The notes: generated by a model not told the origin, from the letters alone. A stretch of DNA of 64,000 nucleotides from Eubacteriales bacterium (GCA_030527665.1 JAUNAK010000003.1:10942-74941); one strand, 5' to 3'; shown: positions 47,096 to 57,313, counted from the stretch's first letter. Numbers and translations: made by a program.

Positions 47096-48463
47096 ATGGA
47101 AAACAAAACAAGTTTCAAACACCTTCTGTCCTACAGCCTTGGTGAAGTCGGCTGTCAGGCAAGCTGGTACATGGTCAACACCTATCTGATGCTGTTCTAC
47201 ACCGATGTTGTTGGTCTGTCCGCAGCAGCAATTTCCATGATCATGCTGATCGCCCGTGTATGGGACGCTGTCAACGATCCGATGATGGGATCCATCGCTG
47301 ACCGTACAAACACCAAGTGGGGTAAATTCAGACCGTATCTGTTCGCAGCTCCGCCGTTCCTGGCAATCTTTAACATCCTGACCTTTACTGTATTCCCGGT
47401 TCAGGGAACAGCAAAAGTTATCATCTGTCTGATTACCTATGTTGGTACCGGTATGATGTATACAGCAGTATCCATCGCTTACCAGTCCCTGCAGCATGTA
47501 ACTGCTATTGATTCTCACGTTCGTATGAACCTTGCTACCGCTCGTGGTATCGGTGGTGCAGTAGTTGGTATCATCCTTTCTGCAGTAGCTATGCCGACGA
47601 TCCTGTACTTCTCCAAATCCGATGTTGCTAACGCTACCGGATATTTCTGGTTCACCGTTATTCTTTCCATCGTAATGGTTCCGCTGTTCTGGCTCTGCGC
47701 ACTGGGCTGCAAAGAGACCTACACCGAGCAGCTTCACTCCGGTGCAGCCGCTGAGAAGATGGGCTTTGTTAAATCCCTTCGTGAGATCGTTAAAAATGAC
47801 CAGCTGATGATGGTCGTTCTGGCAACCGTTCTGGGTGCTATGTGTATCTCCGGTCGTATGGGTATCCTGACCTACTACATCATCTATGTTGTTGGTGATT
47901 TCACAGTTATCGCTCAGGTATTCTCCGTAATGACAATTCTGCAGCTGATTGCAACCATCACTCTTCCGGTTGGTATCAAGATCTTCGGTAAGAAAGGTTA
48001 CATGATCGTTCTGAACATCATCATGATGATCGGCTTCGGTCTTCTGTTCATCAATCCGGAGTGCAACAAAACCTATCTTCTGGTTGTTTCCGGTATCTGT
48101 GGTTGGACAAACTCCGCAGCTGCTATCTGCCCGGGTATGGTTTCCGACTCCATCGAGTACGGCGACTGGAAACTTGGCAGACGTCAGGAAGGTATCGCAG
48201 CTTCCATGCTGAGCTTCGGTGTTAAGATCTCCACTGCTATCTCCGGTTCCGCAGGTGTTCTTCTTCTTGCAGCTGCTGGTTATGTTGCAGGTGCTGAGCA
48301 GACACCGGCTGCTAAACAGGGTATCAACATCGTTGTTAACCTGGTTCCGCTTGTACTCGTATTCATCAGTATCGTTCCGCTGTTCTTCTACAAGCTGAAC
48401 GATAAGAAAGTTGCTGAGATCCGTGCAGACCTTGACAAGGGTGTTCATGCATACGACAAATAA
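47096..48463 (+). CDS. Glycoside-pentoside-hexuronide (GPH):cation symporter
   Basis: WDAVNDPMMGSIADRTNTKWGKFRP and DSIEYGDWKLGRRQEG motifs. Confidence 0.93.
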   Translation: MENKTSFKHLLSYSLGEVGCQASWYMVNTYLMLFYTDVVGLSAAAISMIMLIARVWDAVNDPMMGSIADRTNTKWGKFRPYLFAAPPFLAIFNILTFTVFPVQGTAKVIICLITYVGTGMMYTAVSIAYQSLQHVTAIDSHVRMNLATARGIGGAVVGIILSAVAMPTILYFSKSDVANATGYFWFTVILSIVMVPLFWLCALGCKETYTEQLHSGAAAEKMGFVKSLREIVKNDQLMMVVLATVLGAMCISGRMGILTYYIIYVVGDFTVIAQVFSVMTILQLIATITLPVGIKIFGKKGYMIVLNIIMMIGFGLLFINPECNKTYLLVVSGICGWTNSAAAICPGMVSDSIEYGDWKLGRRQEGIAASMLSFGVKISTAISGSAGVLLLAAAGYVAGAEQTPAAKQGINIVVNLVPLVLVFISIVPLFFYKLNDKKVAEIRADLDKGVHAYDK

Positions 48464-48486
48464 TTAAAAGAATGAATATTCTTCAG

Positions 48487-48518
48487 AAAGCTCCTCCGCA
48501 TTGCGGAGGAGCTTTTTT
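48487..48518 (+). terminator. Intrinsic terminator
   Basis: AAAGCTCCTCCGCA-T-TGCGGAGGAGCTTTTTT. Confidence 0.85.
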
Positions 48519-48819
48519 CATCTCCTGCAGCAAGCAAGTCCGCCTCTTACCAGAGGCATCCAGTGAAGTCGGAACAATCCCCCGACAAAGTGACTCTCCT
48601 GTTTTCCGCAGTCAGGATCGACCGTGCAATTTCTATACCATTTCTACTTTTTCCCACACAATTTTCCGGTAATCGCCCATTTCTTCTTGTAAATTTATAG
48701 CTTTCGCAATATTTCCGTAATTTTTAAGGAATAGAATGGGAACCGTCTTTTGCAGGAATATTTCCTGCCAATACCGTGCAGCTGACGCTGCACAAAAAAA
48801 GAAGAAATGAGGTAATACC

Positions 48820-49752
48820 ATGAAAACACTTGAAAAGATCAGCGATGCATTCGGCAAATACATGGCTGTGATCGTACTCGTCGTTGCCGCACTCTCTCTT
48901 TTCGTACCGAAATCCACACTCTGGATTCAGACAAGCTGGGTAAACTACCTGCTCATGATCGTTATGTTCGGTATGGGACTTACTTTAAAGCTTTCCGATT
49001 TCAAGATCGTCTTCACCAGACCGCGTGATGTTCTGATCGGATGTCTGGCGCAGTTCACCCTGATGCCGATCCTGGCATTTATTCTCGGCAAGCTCTTCGG
49101 TCTGGATGCTGCCCTGCTTGCAGGTGTCATCCTTGTCGGAACCTGCCCGGGAGGTACTTCCAGCAACGTTATCACCTACCTCAGTGACGGTGATGTAGCA
49201 CTTTCCGTTGGTATGACTGCAGTCAACACCCTGCTTGCTCCGTTCCTGACACCGGCAATCACCTATCTGCTGCTCCGTACCACCGTACATGTAGATATCG
49301 TCAGCATGTTCCTCTCCATCGTAAAAGTCGTTATTATTCCGATCGCACTTGGTTTCATCATTAACCGTTTCTGGGGCAAATACACCGAGAAACTGGTAAA
49401 AGTACTTCCGATGGTCTCCGTTATTGCCATTACTCTTATCGTAGCTGCTGTTGTATCTCATAACGCAGAAAAGATCCTCTCCACAGGACTGATCGTATTC
49501 GCTGTCGTTATCCTTCACAACCTGCTCGGCTATGCATGCGGCTTCGGTCTTGGTCAGATCCTCCATCTTCCGCTCTCCAGAAAGAAAGCTCTTTCTATTG
49601 AGATCGGTATGCAGAACTCCGGTCTGGCAACCTCTCTTGCAGGTACCGCATTCCCGGATCTTGCAATGGCTACCGTACCGGGAGCGATCTTCTCTGTATG
49701 GCATAATATCTCCGGAGCTGTTCTGGCAAGCATCCTTCGCCGTATCAAATAA
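48820..49752 (+). CDS. Bile acid:sodium symporter (BASS/PanS-like) transporter
   Basis: MFGMGLTL, GTCPGGTSSNV, SIEIGMQNSGLA and FSVWHNISG motifs. Confidence 0.92.
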   Translation: MKTLEKISDAFGKYMAVIVLVVAALSLFVPKSTLWIQTSWVNYLLMIVMFGMGLTLKLSDFKIVFTRPRDVLIGCLAQFTLMPILAFILGKLFGLDAALLAGVILVGTCPGGTSSNVITYLSDGDVALSVGMTAVNTLLAPFLTPAITYLLLRTTVHVDIVSMFLSIVKVVIIPIALGFIINRFWGKYTEKLVKVLPMVSVIAITLIVAAVVSHNAEKILSTGLIVFAVVILHNLLGYACGFGLGQILHLPLSRKKALSIEIGMQNSGLATSLAGTAFPDLAMATVPGAIFSVWHNISGAVLASILRRIK

Positions 49753-49817
49753 ATAAACCGAAAGGAATCTCAGGAAAAAGCCTGTCACTTTACTTCTCTG
49801 CATTCCTTTGCATAAAA

Positions 49818-49896
49818 AAGGACCGCACGAATTTTAATATGTCCCCTCCCTACCGGTTTATCGGTAATGAGGGGACGTATCATTCATGCGGTCCTT
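49818..49896. terminator. 79-nt nested hairpin between convergent BASS and etfA genes
   Basis: Stems AAGGACCGCA/TGCGGTCCTT, GTCCCCTC/GAGGGGAC and TACCG/CGGTA. Confidence 0.65.
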
Positions 49897-49905
49897 CTAT
49901 TATAT

Positions 49906-50949
49906 TCAGGCGTTCTGTTTTTCCTTCATTGCTGTGATCAGCTGCGGAACAATCTTTTTCCAGTCTCCTACCAGGCCGTAATCGGCAACTTCAAAGATCG
50001 GAGCATCTTCATCCTTATTGATGGCGATGATCAGATCAGACTCTTCCATTCCGGCTACATGCTGGATCGCACCGGAGATACCGATTGCAAAATAGATCTG
50101 CGGACGAACGGTCTTGCCGGTCTGTCCAACCTGATAATCCATCGGAAGCCATCCGTTCTCTACAACCGCACGGGAGCAGGATACCATACCGCCCTTAAAG
50201 CAGCCGGCCAGTTCCTCCAGCTGTTTGAAGTTTTCGGCACTTCCCACACCACGACCGCCGGATACAAGAACTTTTGCATCCATGATATTCTCTACATTTC
50301 CCACAGCCTTTACAACATCGAGGATCTCAACCACACGGTTGTTGTCTTTGAGTTCCGGATTGAAATGAATTACTTCCGCTTTACGCTCTGTATCCTTCGG
50401 CAGTTTCTGCATAACACCCGGACGAACGGTTGCCATCTGCGGACGGTTGTCCGGGCAGGCGATCGTTGCAATAGTATTGCCGCCGAATGCCGGACGGGTC
50501 ATCAGCAGCTGGTTGTGCTTCTGTTCTTTTCCGGGGCGTGCAACAAGCGGGAAATCACCGATTTCCAGACTTGTACAGTCTGCAGTCAGTCCTGTTTTTA
50601 CACGGGCGGAAACGGTCGGTCCCAGATCACGTCCGATCGCGGTAGCTCCTACCAGCATGATCTCCGGTTTATAGGTATTGATCACTGCTGCCATTGCCTG
50701 TGCATAAGGCTCGGTTCTGTATACTTCCAGTTTCGGATCATCTACAACGATGACCTTGTCTGCTCCATATGCACCAAGTTCATCTGTAAGAGATTCAACA
50801 CCTGTTCCGAGAAGGACAGCCGTTACCTCGGTTTCCAGTGCAGCTGCCAGTTCTCTGGCCTTTCCGATCAGTTCGAATGCGATGGGACTCAGCTGATTAT
50901 CCACCTGCTGTGCGTAAATATATACGCCTTTATATTCTTCTAAATTCAT
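49906..50949 (-). CDS. etfA: Electron transfer flavoprotein alpha subunit
   Basis: TGLTADCT, RPAFGG and QVGQTGKTVRPQIYFAIGISGAIQH motifs; start chosen at MNLEEY. Confidence 0.95.
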   Translation of the reverse strand: MNLEEYKGVYIYAQQVDNQLSPIAFELIGKARELAAALETEVTAVLLGTGVESLTDELGAYGADKVIVVDDPKLEVYRTEPYAQAMAAVINTYKPEIMLVGATAIGRDLGPTVSARVKTGLTADCTSLEIGDFPLVARPGKEQKHNQLLMTRPAFGGNTIATIACPDNRPQMATVRPGVMQKLPKDTERKAEVIHFNPELKDNNRVVEILDVVKAVGNVENIMDAKVLVSGGRGVGSAENFKQLEELAGCFKGGMVSCSRAVVENGWLPMDYQVGQTGKTVRPQIYFAIGISGAIQHVAGMEESDLIIAINKDEDAPIFEVADYGLVGDWKKIVPQLITAMKEKQNA

Positions 50950-50977
50950 TTGAATTCCTCCTGCCTGCTTGCGGTCA

Positions 50978-51760
50978 TTAAATGATGTGTTTTTCTGCAA
51001 ATTTCCCCATCAGGTACTCTACAGCTTCCTTCGGATCCAGGTTTACTTTCTCGCCTTTTCCTTTCGGTACTTTATCGGAAGCCTTTGCGATCTTGGTCGG
51101 AGAACCCTTCAGACCAATATTGGCATCATCCAGATCCTTCAGATCATCTCTTCCCCATACGGTGATTTCTTTGTCAAAAGCATCAAAAATGCCGCCCGGT
51201 GTCATATACCGGGGCTCATTCAGCTCGGAAAGTGCAGTGATCAGGCAGGGCATCTGTGCTTTCAGCATATGATATCTGTCCTCATACTGACGTTTAACAA
51301 CAACGGAATCTCCTTCGATCTTGATATCCTCAGCATAGGAGATAACCGGCAGTCCCAGATGCTCGGCAATCTGCGGACCGACCTGTGCGGTATCACCGTC
51401 AATGGCCTGACGGCCGGTAATGATCAGATCATACTCCAGATTGCGTAATCCGGCTGCAATGGTCGAGGATGTAGCCCATGTATCTGCACCGCCCAGACAG
51501 CGGTCGGTGATCAGAACCGCCTCATCTGCACCCATGGCAAGAGCTTCCCGCAGCACTGCTTCTGCCTTCGGAATACCCATTGTCAGAACGGTAACCTTTG
51601 CACCGTTTGCATCCTTGATCCGCAATGCCGCCTCCAGTCCGGCTTTATCATCCGGATTCATAATTGCCAGCATGGACGCTCTGTCAAGCGTACCATCCGG
51701 ATTAAAACGAACGCCATCCTTTGTATCGGGAACCTGTTTAATACATACAACGATATTCAT
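50978..51760 (-). CDS. etfB: Electron transfer flavoprotein beta subunit
   Basis: MNIVVCIKQVPD, GADTWATS and GRQAIDGDTAQVGP motifs. Confidence 0.95.
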   Translation of the reverse strand: MNIVVCIKQVPDTKDGVRFNPDGTLDRASMLAIMNPDDKAGLEAALRIKDANGAKVTVLTMGIPKAEAVLREALAMGADEAVLITDRCLGGADTWATSSTIAAGLRNLEYDLIITGRQAIDGDTAQVGPQIAEHLGLPVISYAEDIKIEGDSVVVKRQYEDRYHMLKAQMPCLITALSELNEPRYMTPGGIFDAFDKEITVWGRDDLKDLDDANIGLKGSPTKIAKASDKVPKGKGEKVNLDPKEAVEYLMGKFAEKHII

Positions 51761-51783
51761 GTATATGATCTCCTTTCATCCTA

Positions 51784-52938
51784 TCACTTCAGCAGTGCAC
51801 CGGAGATTACCATACGCTGAACCTCGGAGGTTCCCTCGTAGATCTCGGTGATCTTCGCATCACGCATCATACGCTCCACATCATATTCACGGATATATCC
51901 GTAACCGCCGAAGAGCTGTACACATTTGCTTGTAACGGCAGTAGCAGCCTCTGATGCAAACAGCTTTGCCTGTGCAGCCTCTACAGAATATACTTTCTGC
52001 GTTGCTTTTGCCATAGCAGCTTTATATACGAGCAGTCTTGCTGCCTCTACACGGGTCGCCATGTCAGCCAGCTGGAACTGTGTATTCTGCTGTGCAGCGA
52101 TCGAGCGGCCGAACTGTTTTCTCTCTTTGGTATAGGCAATGGTCTTATCCAGCGCCCCCTGTGCGATACCAAGTGCCTGTGCAGCAATACCGATGCGTCC
52201 GCCATCCAGTGTATGCATGGCGATCGGGAAACCTCTGCCTTCCGGTCCCAACAGTGCATCAGCAGGAATACGGCAATCCTCGAAGATCAGTTCATAGGTT
52301 GCGGAACCGCGGATACCCATCTTCTTCTCTTTGGTTCCAAAAGAAAATCCCGGTGTTCCTTTTTCAACAATAAAGGCTGAGAAATTTTTCTTCTTGCGTC
52401 CGCGTTTATCCTCTGTTACAGATGTAATAGCAATGACAATATAGATATCCGCTTCCTTACCGTTAGTAATAAAGCATTTAGAACCATTCAGTATCCACTC
52501 GTCACCGTCACGTACTGCTTTTGTCTGCGCTCCCTGTGCGTCGGTTCCTGCACCGGGTTCTGTCAGTGCAAAAGCTCCAAGCAATTCACCATTGCAAAGT
52601 TTCGGCAGATATTTCTGCTTCTGTTCTTCCGTACCATAGGTAAGGATCGGATCGATACAAAGAGAGGTATGTGCCGAAACAACAACCGCAGTTGTTCCGC
52701 ATGCCTTTGCCATCTCTTCCACACACATAATATAGGTCAGCGGATCACAGCCCTGTCCGCCGTATTCCTTCGGAACAGGAATTCCGAAGAATCCGCTCTT
52801 CTGCATCTTGGTAACTGTATCACGCGGAAATTTCTCGGTCTCATCTACCTCCTGTGCATGAGGTGCAACCTCTGTCTCAGCGAACTGTCTGAACAGATCG
52901 CGGGCCATCTGGTGTTTTTTGTCTAATGTAAAATCCAT
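51784..52938 (-). CDS. bcd: Butyryl-CoA dehydrogenase
   Basis: GAFALTEPGAGTDA, KMGIRGS, TLDGGRIGIAAQ and EIYEGTSEVQ motifs, in operon context. Confidence 0.95.
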   Translation of the reverse strand: MDFTLDKKHQMARDLFRQFAETEVAPHAQEVDETEKFPRDTVTKMQKSGFFGIPVPKEYGGQGCDPLTYIMCVEEMAKACGTTAVVVSAHTSLCIDPILTYGTEEQKQKYLPKLCNGELLGAFALTEPGAGTDAQGAQTKAVRDGDEWILNGSKCFITNGKEADIYIVIAITSVTEDKRGRKKKNFSAFIVEKGTPGFSFGTKEKKMGIRGSATYELIFEDCRIPADALLGPEGRGFPIAMHTLDGGRIGIAAQALGIAQGALDKTIAYTKERKQFGRSIAAQQNTQFQLADMATRVEAARLLVYKAAMAKATQKVYSVEAAQAKLFASEAATAVTSKCVQLFGGYGYIREYDVERMMRDAKITEIYEGTSEVQRMVISGALLK

Positions 52939-53082
52939 AAATATTTCCTCCTGGAATATTGCATGCAGCTGACACAGGATCTATGTCAGCTGCTTCTGTT
53001 CTTATATGATCATCGGGAATCAAATCGATGCCATTATGCCTTTCTTCCTACGGAGAAAGGATTCCTGGCCGCATCTGCTGCA

Positions 53083-53955
53083 TTACAGCTGATCTACCGG
53101 TGTCTTTGTACGATCCGCATTATATACATAGAAACCCTTTCCACTCTTCATTCCAAGGCTTCCGCCGCGCACCATCTTGCGAAGAAGCGGACACGCACGA
53201 TATTTGCTGTCACCGGTCTCTTTATAGAGAACATCCATAATTGCCAGACAAACATCCAGACCGACCAGATCTCCGAGCTCCAGCGGTCCCATCGGGTGGT
53301 TTGCCCCCAGCTTCATTGCCGCATCGATTCCGGCGATATCGGATACTCCCTCCATTTTCAGGAACGCACCCTCATTGATCATCGGGATCAGAATACGGTT
53401 AACAACAAATCCCGGAGCCTCATTTACCTGTACCGGTGTCTTACCGATCTTCTCAGCGATTTCCTTGATTCTGGCAACAATATCTGCAGGTGTATTGCCG
53501 CCTGCAATAACCTCTACCAGTTTCATACGATCTGCCGGATTAAAGAAATGCATGCCGATCAGCGGATGGCTGATTCCCTGGCCGATCTCGGTAATGGACA
53601 AGGATGAGGTATTGGATGCAAAGATGGTTTCCGGTTTACAGATCACATCCAGTTCCGTGAAGGTTGCCTTCTTTACTTCCATCTTCTCGAATGCAGCTTC
53701 TACGATCAGATCACAATCCGCGCAAAGCTCCTCTTTCAGTCCCGGTGTGATCTTTGCAAGGATCGCATCTACATTTTCCTGTGTCATTTTTCCTTTGGAA
53801 ACAAGACGTGCATATCCTTTTTCGATCTTTGCTTTTCCGCCTTCTGCCCATTCCTGCTTGATGTCGCAAAGTGCTACCTCAAATCCCTCTGTCTGTGCAA
53901 ACGCTTTTGCAATTCCCTGGCCCATTGTACCGGCACCGATAATACCAACTTTCAT
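53083..53955 (-). CDS. hbd: 3-hydroxybutyryl-CoA dehydrogenase
   Basis: GAGTMGQG, ASNTSSLSI, GMHFFNP and GANHPMGP motifs. Confidence 0.95.
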   Translation of the reverse strand: MKVGIIGAGTMGQGIAKAFAQTEGFEVALCDIKQEWAEGGKAKIEKGYARLVSKGKMTQENVDAILAKITPGLKEELCADCDLIVEAAFEKMEVKKATFTELDVICKPETIFASNTSSLSITEIGQGISHPLIGMHFFNPADRMKLVEVIAGGNTPADIVARIKEIAEKIGKTPVQVNEAPGFVVNRILIPMINEGAFLKMEGVSDIAGIDAAMKLGANHPMGPLELGDLVGLDVCLAIMDVLYKETGDSKYRACPLLRKMVRGGSLGMKSGKGFYVYNADRTKTPVDQL

Positions 53956-53980
53956 CGTTTTTTTCCTCCTGTCTCCGCTT

Positions 53981-54808
53981 TTATCGATTTTTAAACGGAA
54001 CTGTTTTCAGTTTCTGATCCTTCGGAGCAAGGAAATTTCCCATTCCCGCTCTCTGGTCTTCCGTCTCAAAGCAGTCACCGAATAGTTTCTCTTCGATCAC
54101 GATTGCCTGATCAATATCTGTCTGCAGGCCTTCGTTGATTGCTTTCTTGCAGTTGCGAACTGCAATCGGCGCATTTCTGGCAATACCTGCCGCGATCTTC
54201 TGCGCACCTGCCATCAGATTTTCCTGTGCAGTTGCTGTCACATTGCCGGCTTCGTCCACAGCAGCACTGTAGATCTCATTTACCAGCCCGATCCGATATG
54301 CCTCCTGTGCCTTGATATTGCGTGCGGTATAGATCATCTGCTTGGCAATACCTACTCCGACGATTCTTGCCAGACGCTGTGTTCCTCCGAATCCCGGTGT
54401 AATTCCCAGACCTGCTTCCGGCTGTCCGAACACGGCATTATCCGAGCAGATGCGGATATCACAGCTCATGGCGATCTCGCAGCCGCCTCCCAGTGCAAAT
54501 CCGTTTACAGCGGCAATTACCGGAACCGGAAGTGTCTCCAGCTTGCGGAAAACATCATTTCCTTTTTTGCCGAAAGCTTCGCCCTCTGCCTTGGTCAATG
54601 TGGACATTTCACCGATATCCGCACCGGCAACAAAGGATTTTTCTCCGGCACCGGTAAGGATCACAGCACGAACCACTTCAAGATCGATCGCATCCAGCGT
54701 CTGATCCAGTTCCTCCAGAACCTGACTGTTCAGAGCATTCAAAGCACGGGGACGATTGATCGTAATTACTGCAACTGCGTTATTTACTTCATATGTTATA
54801 AATTCCAT
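53981..54808 (-). CDS. crt: Crotonase (enoyl-CoA hydratase)
   Basis: FVAGADI, GFALGGGCE and QPEAGLGITPGFGGTQRL motifs; start chosen at MEFITY. Confidence 0.95.
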   Translation of the reverse strand: MEFITYEVNNAVAVITINRPRALNALNSQVLEELDQTLDAIDLEVVRAVILTGAGEKSFVAGADIGEMSTLTKAEGEAFGKKGNDVFRKLETLPVPVIAAVNGFALGGGCEIAMSCDIRICSDNAVFGQPEAGLGITPGFGGTQRLARIVGVGIAKQMIYTARNIKAQEAYRIGLVNEIYSAAVDEAGNVTATAQENLMAGAQKIAAGIARNAPIAVRNCKKAINEGLQTDIDQAIVIEEKLFGDCFETEDQRAGMGNFLAPKDQKLKTVPFKNR

Positions 54809-54831
54809 GTGCTGTCTCCTTCGTTTCCTTT

Positions 54832-56025
54832 TTATTCTCTTGTTACAACTGTGGAGCAGCCCATGCCGCCGCCGATGCACAGAGTTGCAAGTCCTGTCTT
54901 GGCATCCTTCTTAGCCATCTCATGCAGCAGTGTTACCATGATACGGCAGCCGGATGCGCCTACCGGATGTCCGAGTGCGATTGCGCCGCCGTTCGGATTC
55001 AGCTGCTCATCCTTGAAGCCAAGCTCCTTCTGTACGGCAATCGACTGTGCAGCAAACGCCTCATTTGCTTCGATAATATCGAACTGATCGATCGTAAGTC
55101 CTGTTTTCTTCATTACTTTCTTCGTGGATGCAACCGGTCCGACACCCATGATGGCCGGATCTACGCCGCCAAGAGCACCTGCCACCCAGTATGCCATCGG
55201 TGTCGTACCAAGTTCTTTTGCCTTTTCTTCACTCATGAGTACGATAGCAGCTGCACCGTCGTTGATTCCGGATGCATTGCCTGCAGTTACCAGTCCGCCC
55301 TGCTTACCGGAGCAGCATTTCAGTCTTGCAAGCGATTCTGCTGTTGTTCCCGGACGCGGTCCTTCATCCTTTGTAAACATGATCTGTTCTTTTGTCTTCT
55401 TGTCTACACCGATCTGCACCGGAACGATCTCGTCGTCAAAAGCACCTGCTGCAATCGCTGCCTCGCATTTCTGCTGGCTGTGTGCAGCAAAAGCATCCAG
55501 TTCTTCACGGGTGATTCCCCACTGCTCACAGACATTCTCGGCTGTGATCATCATGTGATAATCGTTAAATGCATCCCACAGGGCATCGTTAACCATGGTA
55601 TCAACAACTTTTCCGTTATTCATGCGATAGCCGAAACGTCCCTGCATCAGTGCATACGGAGCCATGGACATATTCTCTACGCCGCCTGCTACGACGATAT
55701 CTGCATCTCCTTCACGAATCATCTGTGCTGCAAGGTTGATACAGTTCAAACCGGATCCGCATACAACATTGATCGTAACCGCTGTAGACTCAACTGGAAG
55801 TCCTGCTTTCAATGCCGCCTGACGTGCAACGTTCTGTCCCTGTCCTGCCTGGATAACGCAGCCCATATATACATGTTCTACCTGTTCAGCCGGTACACCT
55901 GCCCTTTTCAGTGCTTCCCGGATCACAATAGAACCCAGCTCCGCTGCCGGAACCTTGCTCAATCCGCCGCCCATTTTTCCGATTGCTGTACGACATGCTC
56001 CTGCGAGTACTACTTTTTTAGCCAT
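54832..56025 (-). CDS. thlA: Acetyl-CoA acetyltransferase (thiolase)
   Basis: VVCGSGL, NEAFAAQ, GGAIALGHPVG and LCIGGGMG motifs. Confidence 0.96.
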   Translation of the reverse strand: MAKKVVLAGACRTAIGKMGGGLSKVPAAELGSIVIREALKRAGVPAEQVEHVYMGCVIQAGQGQNVARQAALKAGLPVESTAVTINVVCGSGLNCINLAAQMIREGDADIVVAGGVENMSMAPYALMQGRFGYRMNNGKVVDTMVNDALWDAFNDYHMMITAENVCEQWGITREELDAFAAHSQQKCEAAIAAGAFDDEIVPVQIGVDKKTKEQIMFTKDEGPRPGTTAESLARLKCCSGKQGGLVTAGNASGINDGAAAIVLMSEEKAKELGTTPMAYWVAGALGGVDPAIMGVGPVASTKKVMKKTGLTIDQFDIIEANEAFAAQSIAVQKELGFKDEQLNPNGGAIALGHPVGASGCRIMVTLLHEMAKKDAKTGLATLCIGGGMGCSTVVTRE

Positions 56026-56110
56026 TACGAATTCCTCCTTATATTTTCCTGCTATGCGTTCATATATGTTTTTTTCATGCGCAAAACCCTTTGCTGCATC
56101 AGCTAATTAA

Positions 56111-56139
56111 ATTGTGCTCCTGCGAAACGTCATTGTCAA
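56111..56139 (-). promoter_or_regulatory. Putative SigA promoter of the thl operon
   Basis: Minus strand TTGACA (56139-56134), 17-nt spacer, CACAAT (56116-56111). Confidence 0.55.
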
Positions 56140-56174
56140 TCTATTAACAAGGTAATTTGTCAATAAAATAACAA
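56133..56174. promoter_or_regulatory. Two tandem Rex-like operators
   Basis: TTGTCAATCTATTAACAA (56133-56150) and TTGTCAATAAAATAACAA (56157-56174), compared with the clostridial Rex consensus TTGTTAA-N4-TTAACAA. Confidence 0.75.
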
Positions 56175-56516
56175 CCTTTCTTTTGTCTATTTTATACAAT
56201 TTTCTTCGCAAAGCTTCATCTCCCATCCACAAATGAACCATTTATTTCCCCTGGAGCTGTCCCCTTCTGCAGGCAGCAGATTCGACTTACAGTCCTGCGT
56301 GCAGAATTTCCTTACCGAATCCACATTTTTATCAACAATGTTTTTGCCGTCATCCCTCTCGCACTCCCAAACAGCGAATTTTCTCCCTATTCTGACAATT
56401 GTGATTCAATTTTTATTTTGGAATCGTTTTCACCAAGGAATATTTGTTATCATTTCCATTTTGTGCTAAAATAAAACACGAAATTCAGTCTACAATAACG
56501 GGAAAGGAAGTATGCC

Positions 56517-57290
56517 TTGATCATCACTGAAAAAATACTCTATCCGGCATTTACGGGAGATGAAGAACGAAAACTGTATATCTATCTTCCCCCGGAATAT
56601 GATTCGAATCCTGACCGTAGATATCCGGTCTTATATATGTTTGACGGACACAATGTATTTTTTGATACCCATGCCACCTATGGAAAAAGCTGGGGACTCG
56701 GAGACTACCTGGACCGCACCGGAACACCGCTGATCGTCGCTGCTCTGGAATGTCACCACGGTCCCAACGGAGAACGCATCAGCGAATACTCCCCGTACCG
56801 CTTTTCGGATGAAACATTCGGAACAGTCATCGGCCGGGGTGATGAAACCATGCAGTACTTTCTGCATGAACTGAAACCGCGCATCGATCGTACATACCGA
56901 ACCCATCCCGATCGGGAGCATACCTTTATCGCCGGTTCCTCTATGGGAGGTCTTATGTCCCTCTATGCCGTTTTGCATTACAACGCCTACTTTTCCCGAT
57001 GCGCTGCCCTGTCTCCGTCTATTTTTCTCTGCTACAAGAAAATGCAGACGCTGATCCGAACCTGCAGAACAGCTCCGGATACGACCATATACATGGACCT
57101 CGGTACAGAGGAAATGACGATGGAAGGCGGTTCGGCAAATGCTTTTGCCAATTTCGGTAAGCTGATCATCAACAAGGATATTGCGCTTACGCAGCGTGTC
57201 ATTGCCGGCGGCCGGCACTGCGAAGCATCCTGGGAGAAGCAGATCCCGATTTTTATCAACGTACTTCTGTATGAAAACCCGCAATACTAA
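56517..57290 (+). CDS. Putative esterase (alpha/beta hydrolase)
   Basis: YPVLYMFDGHNVF, nucleophile GSSMGG, HCEASW; TTG start with RBS. Confidence 0.88.
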   Translation: MIITEKILYPAFTGDEERKLYIYLPPEYDSNPDRRYPVLYMFDGHNVFFDTHATYGKSWGLGDYLDRTGTPLIVAALECHHGPNGERISEYSPYRFSDETFGTVIGRGDETMQYFLHELKPRIDRTYRTHPDREHTFIAGSSMGGLMSLYAVLHYNAYFSRCAALSPSIFLCYKKMQTLIRTCRTAPDTTIYMDLGTEEMTMEGGSANAFANFGKLIINKDIALTQRVIAGGRHCEASWEKQIPIFINVLLYENPQY

Positions 57291-57313
57291 ACACTGTAAA
57301 AGGAACCACAACA

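Noticed and set aside
54180-54290. Short insertion in crotonase (SAAVDEAGNVTATAQEN)
   Set aside because: Probably a surface-loop indel; the catalytic motifs are intact.
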